Assembly (NCBI GenBank): GCA_021432655.1
Contig: MU271533.1
Span: 1 to 48,923 of the forward strand
DNA from: Atractiella rhizophila
Lineage: Eukaryota
Length of the DNA: 48,923 nucleotides
Direction: 5' to 3'
Below are positions 47,990 through 48,923 of this stretch, piece by piece (position 1 is the first letter of the stretch; each line of letters begins with the position of its first letter). A program made the position numbers and the translations under genes. The notes under the pieces were generated by a model, which saw only the letters and a list, made by a program, of their open reading frames with translations, was not told the DNA's origin and did not search any database.

Positions 47990-48923
47990 ATGATTGGGCT
48001 ACTCGCCCTCTTGCTGTCGCCAGCGGCCGCGCAGACGCCGCAAGTCGACTACTCCTCCCTCGGCCTCGTCCTCCTCACCGGCTCCTACAGCGGCCTCACC
48101 TTCTCCGGCTCCTCGCTCTCCATCCCCCCGACCTCCGCCAACAGCACCTCCATCCTCTCCCGCTCCGCCGACGGCACCCTCTCCGTCCTCGGCAGCACCA
48201 ACAGCGGCGGGTCCATCTCCGTCCTCTGCGTCTCACCCGACCAGGGCACGCTCTATGTCGGCGGCAGCTTTGAGAGCGTGGACGGCGTGCAGGCGAAGAA
48301 CGTGGCGAAGATGGGCATGGGCGAGACGGAGGGACGGTGGCTGGATATGGGTGGAGGACTGGGTGGAGAGGTGAAGACGATAGAGTGTTCGGATCCGGAT
48401 TCCGTCTGGGCTGGAGGCAGCTTCGACGGTGGGGTCTCTGTGTTTTCGACCCAGGAAAATACTTGGTCTGCTCCTAGTTTTGGAGGGTTCAACGACGCGG
48501 TCGACTCTATTTCCCTATCCCCTGATAAAAGTTCCATCTTCTTCGGAGGCGCTTTCTCCGTCTCTTTCACCGGCGTTCCATCCTCTTCTTCATCATCGTC
48601 CTCTTCTAGTTCGGCAACAGGATCCACCATCCCCGCCTCCCTCGGCTCCTCGTACACCCCCATCTCCCTCAACACGTCCGAATATAGAGACCCGACCGGC
48701 CCTACCACATACATATCAGGTTTCGGGAGACCGCAATACGTCTTCTGTCCTGGAGACGTCGATGGACCTGGTGACAGTTGGTGGCTCGTCGATGGAGCCA
48801 CAGGGTTCTTTACCGTCAGACTCTTTAGGGCTGTACAGGCTGGAGGAATCCGGTTGGGAAATACTTTTATTGAGGTATGTCGATCTTTCTTGGTTTTTCC
48901 TTTTGTGGGAGATGGGACGGGTG
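47990..48923 (+). CDS. RAX2: Rax2-like cortical polarity marker; first exon 47990-48875, gene continues beyond the window
   Basis: Signal peptide MIGLLALLLSPAAAQ, PQVDYSSLG.V..TGSYSGL, LYVGGSF, VWAGGSF, FGGFN..V.SI, IFFGGAF, CP..DGPGDSW, GIRLGNTF. Intron donor gtatgt at 48876. Confidence 0.9.
   Translation, partial: MIGLLALLLSPAAAQTPQVDYSSLGLVLLTGSYSGLTFSGSSLSIPPTSANSTSILSRSADGTLSVLGSTNSGGSISVLCVSPDQGTLYVGGSFESVDGVQAKNVAKMGMGETEGRWLDMGGGLGGEVKTIECSDPDSVWAGGSFDGGVSVFSTQENTWSAPSFGGFNDAVDSISLSPDKSSIFFGGAFSVSFTGVPSSSSSSSSSSSATGSTIPASLGSSYTPISLNTSEYRDPTGPTTYISGFGRPQYVFCPGDVDGPGDSWWLVDGATGFFTVRLFRAVQAGGIRLGNTFIEVCRSFLVFPFVGDGTG

Noticed and set aside
47994..48801. ORF-track entries 47994-48374 (+) and 48253-48801 (-)
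   Set aside because: Wrong frame or antisense to the real Rax2 exon starting at 47990.

Overview
Gene-dense, intron-rich eukaryotic DNA from a fungus, most likely a basidiomycete (inferred from the many short ~45-60 nt GT-AG introns, micro-exons and the protein families seen). About 23 spliced genes can be assembled by hand: Mmc1-like, two aldo-keto reductases, CENP-H-like, eIF2-beta, Pam17, bli-3-like, acireductone dioxygenase, cytochrome b5 reductase, Sdh8, GH128, U2SURP/SR140, scytalone dehydratase-like, three tandem small paralogues, an AIM3/BBC1 cysteine-proteinase-fold protein, a Rua1-like protein, a sugar porter and Rax2. Two further genes are each present twice in an inverted duplication. 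The most notable structure is: (1) a non-coding array of 5-6 ~45-50 bp units at 2741-3010 that keep a covarying stem-loop and conserved unpaired motifs; (2) an ~11.5 kb inverted arrangement pairing a WRKY/FAR1-like (MULE-type) zinc-finger gene with a secreted beta-lactamase-like gene, with gene-conversion-like mosaic identity; (3) a scytalone dehydratase with altered active-site residues next to a triplicated unknown gene; (4) a 1.7 kb tandem duplication joined by A42, probably a haplotype or assembly artefact. There is one N gap. No tRNA, rRNA or CRISPR was recognised. All calls come from manual translation and remembered family motifs; no searches were run, and exon boundaries are approximate.
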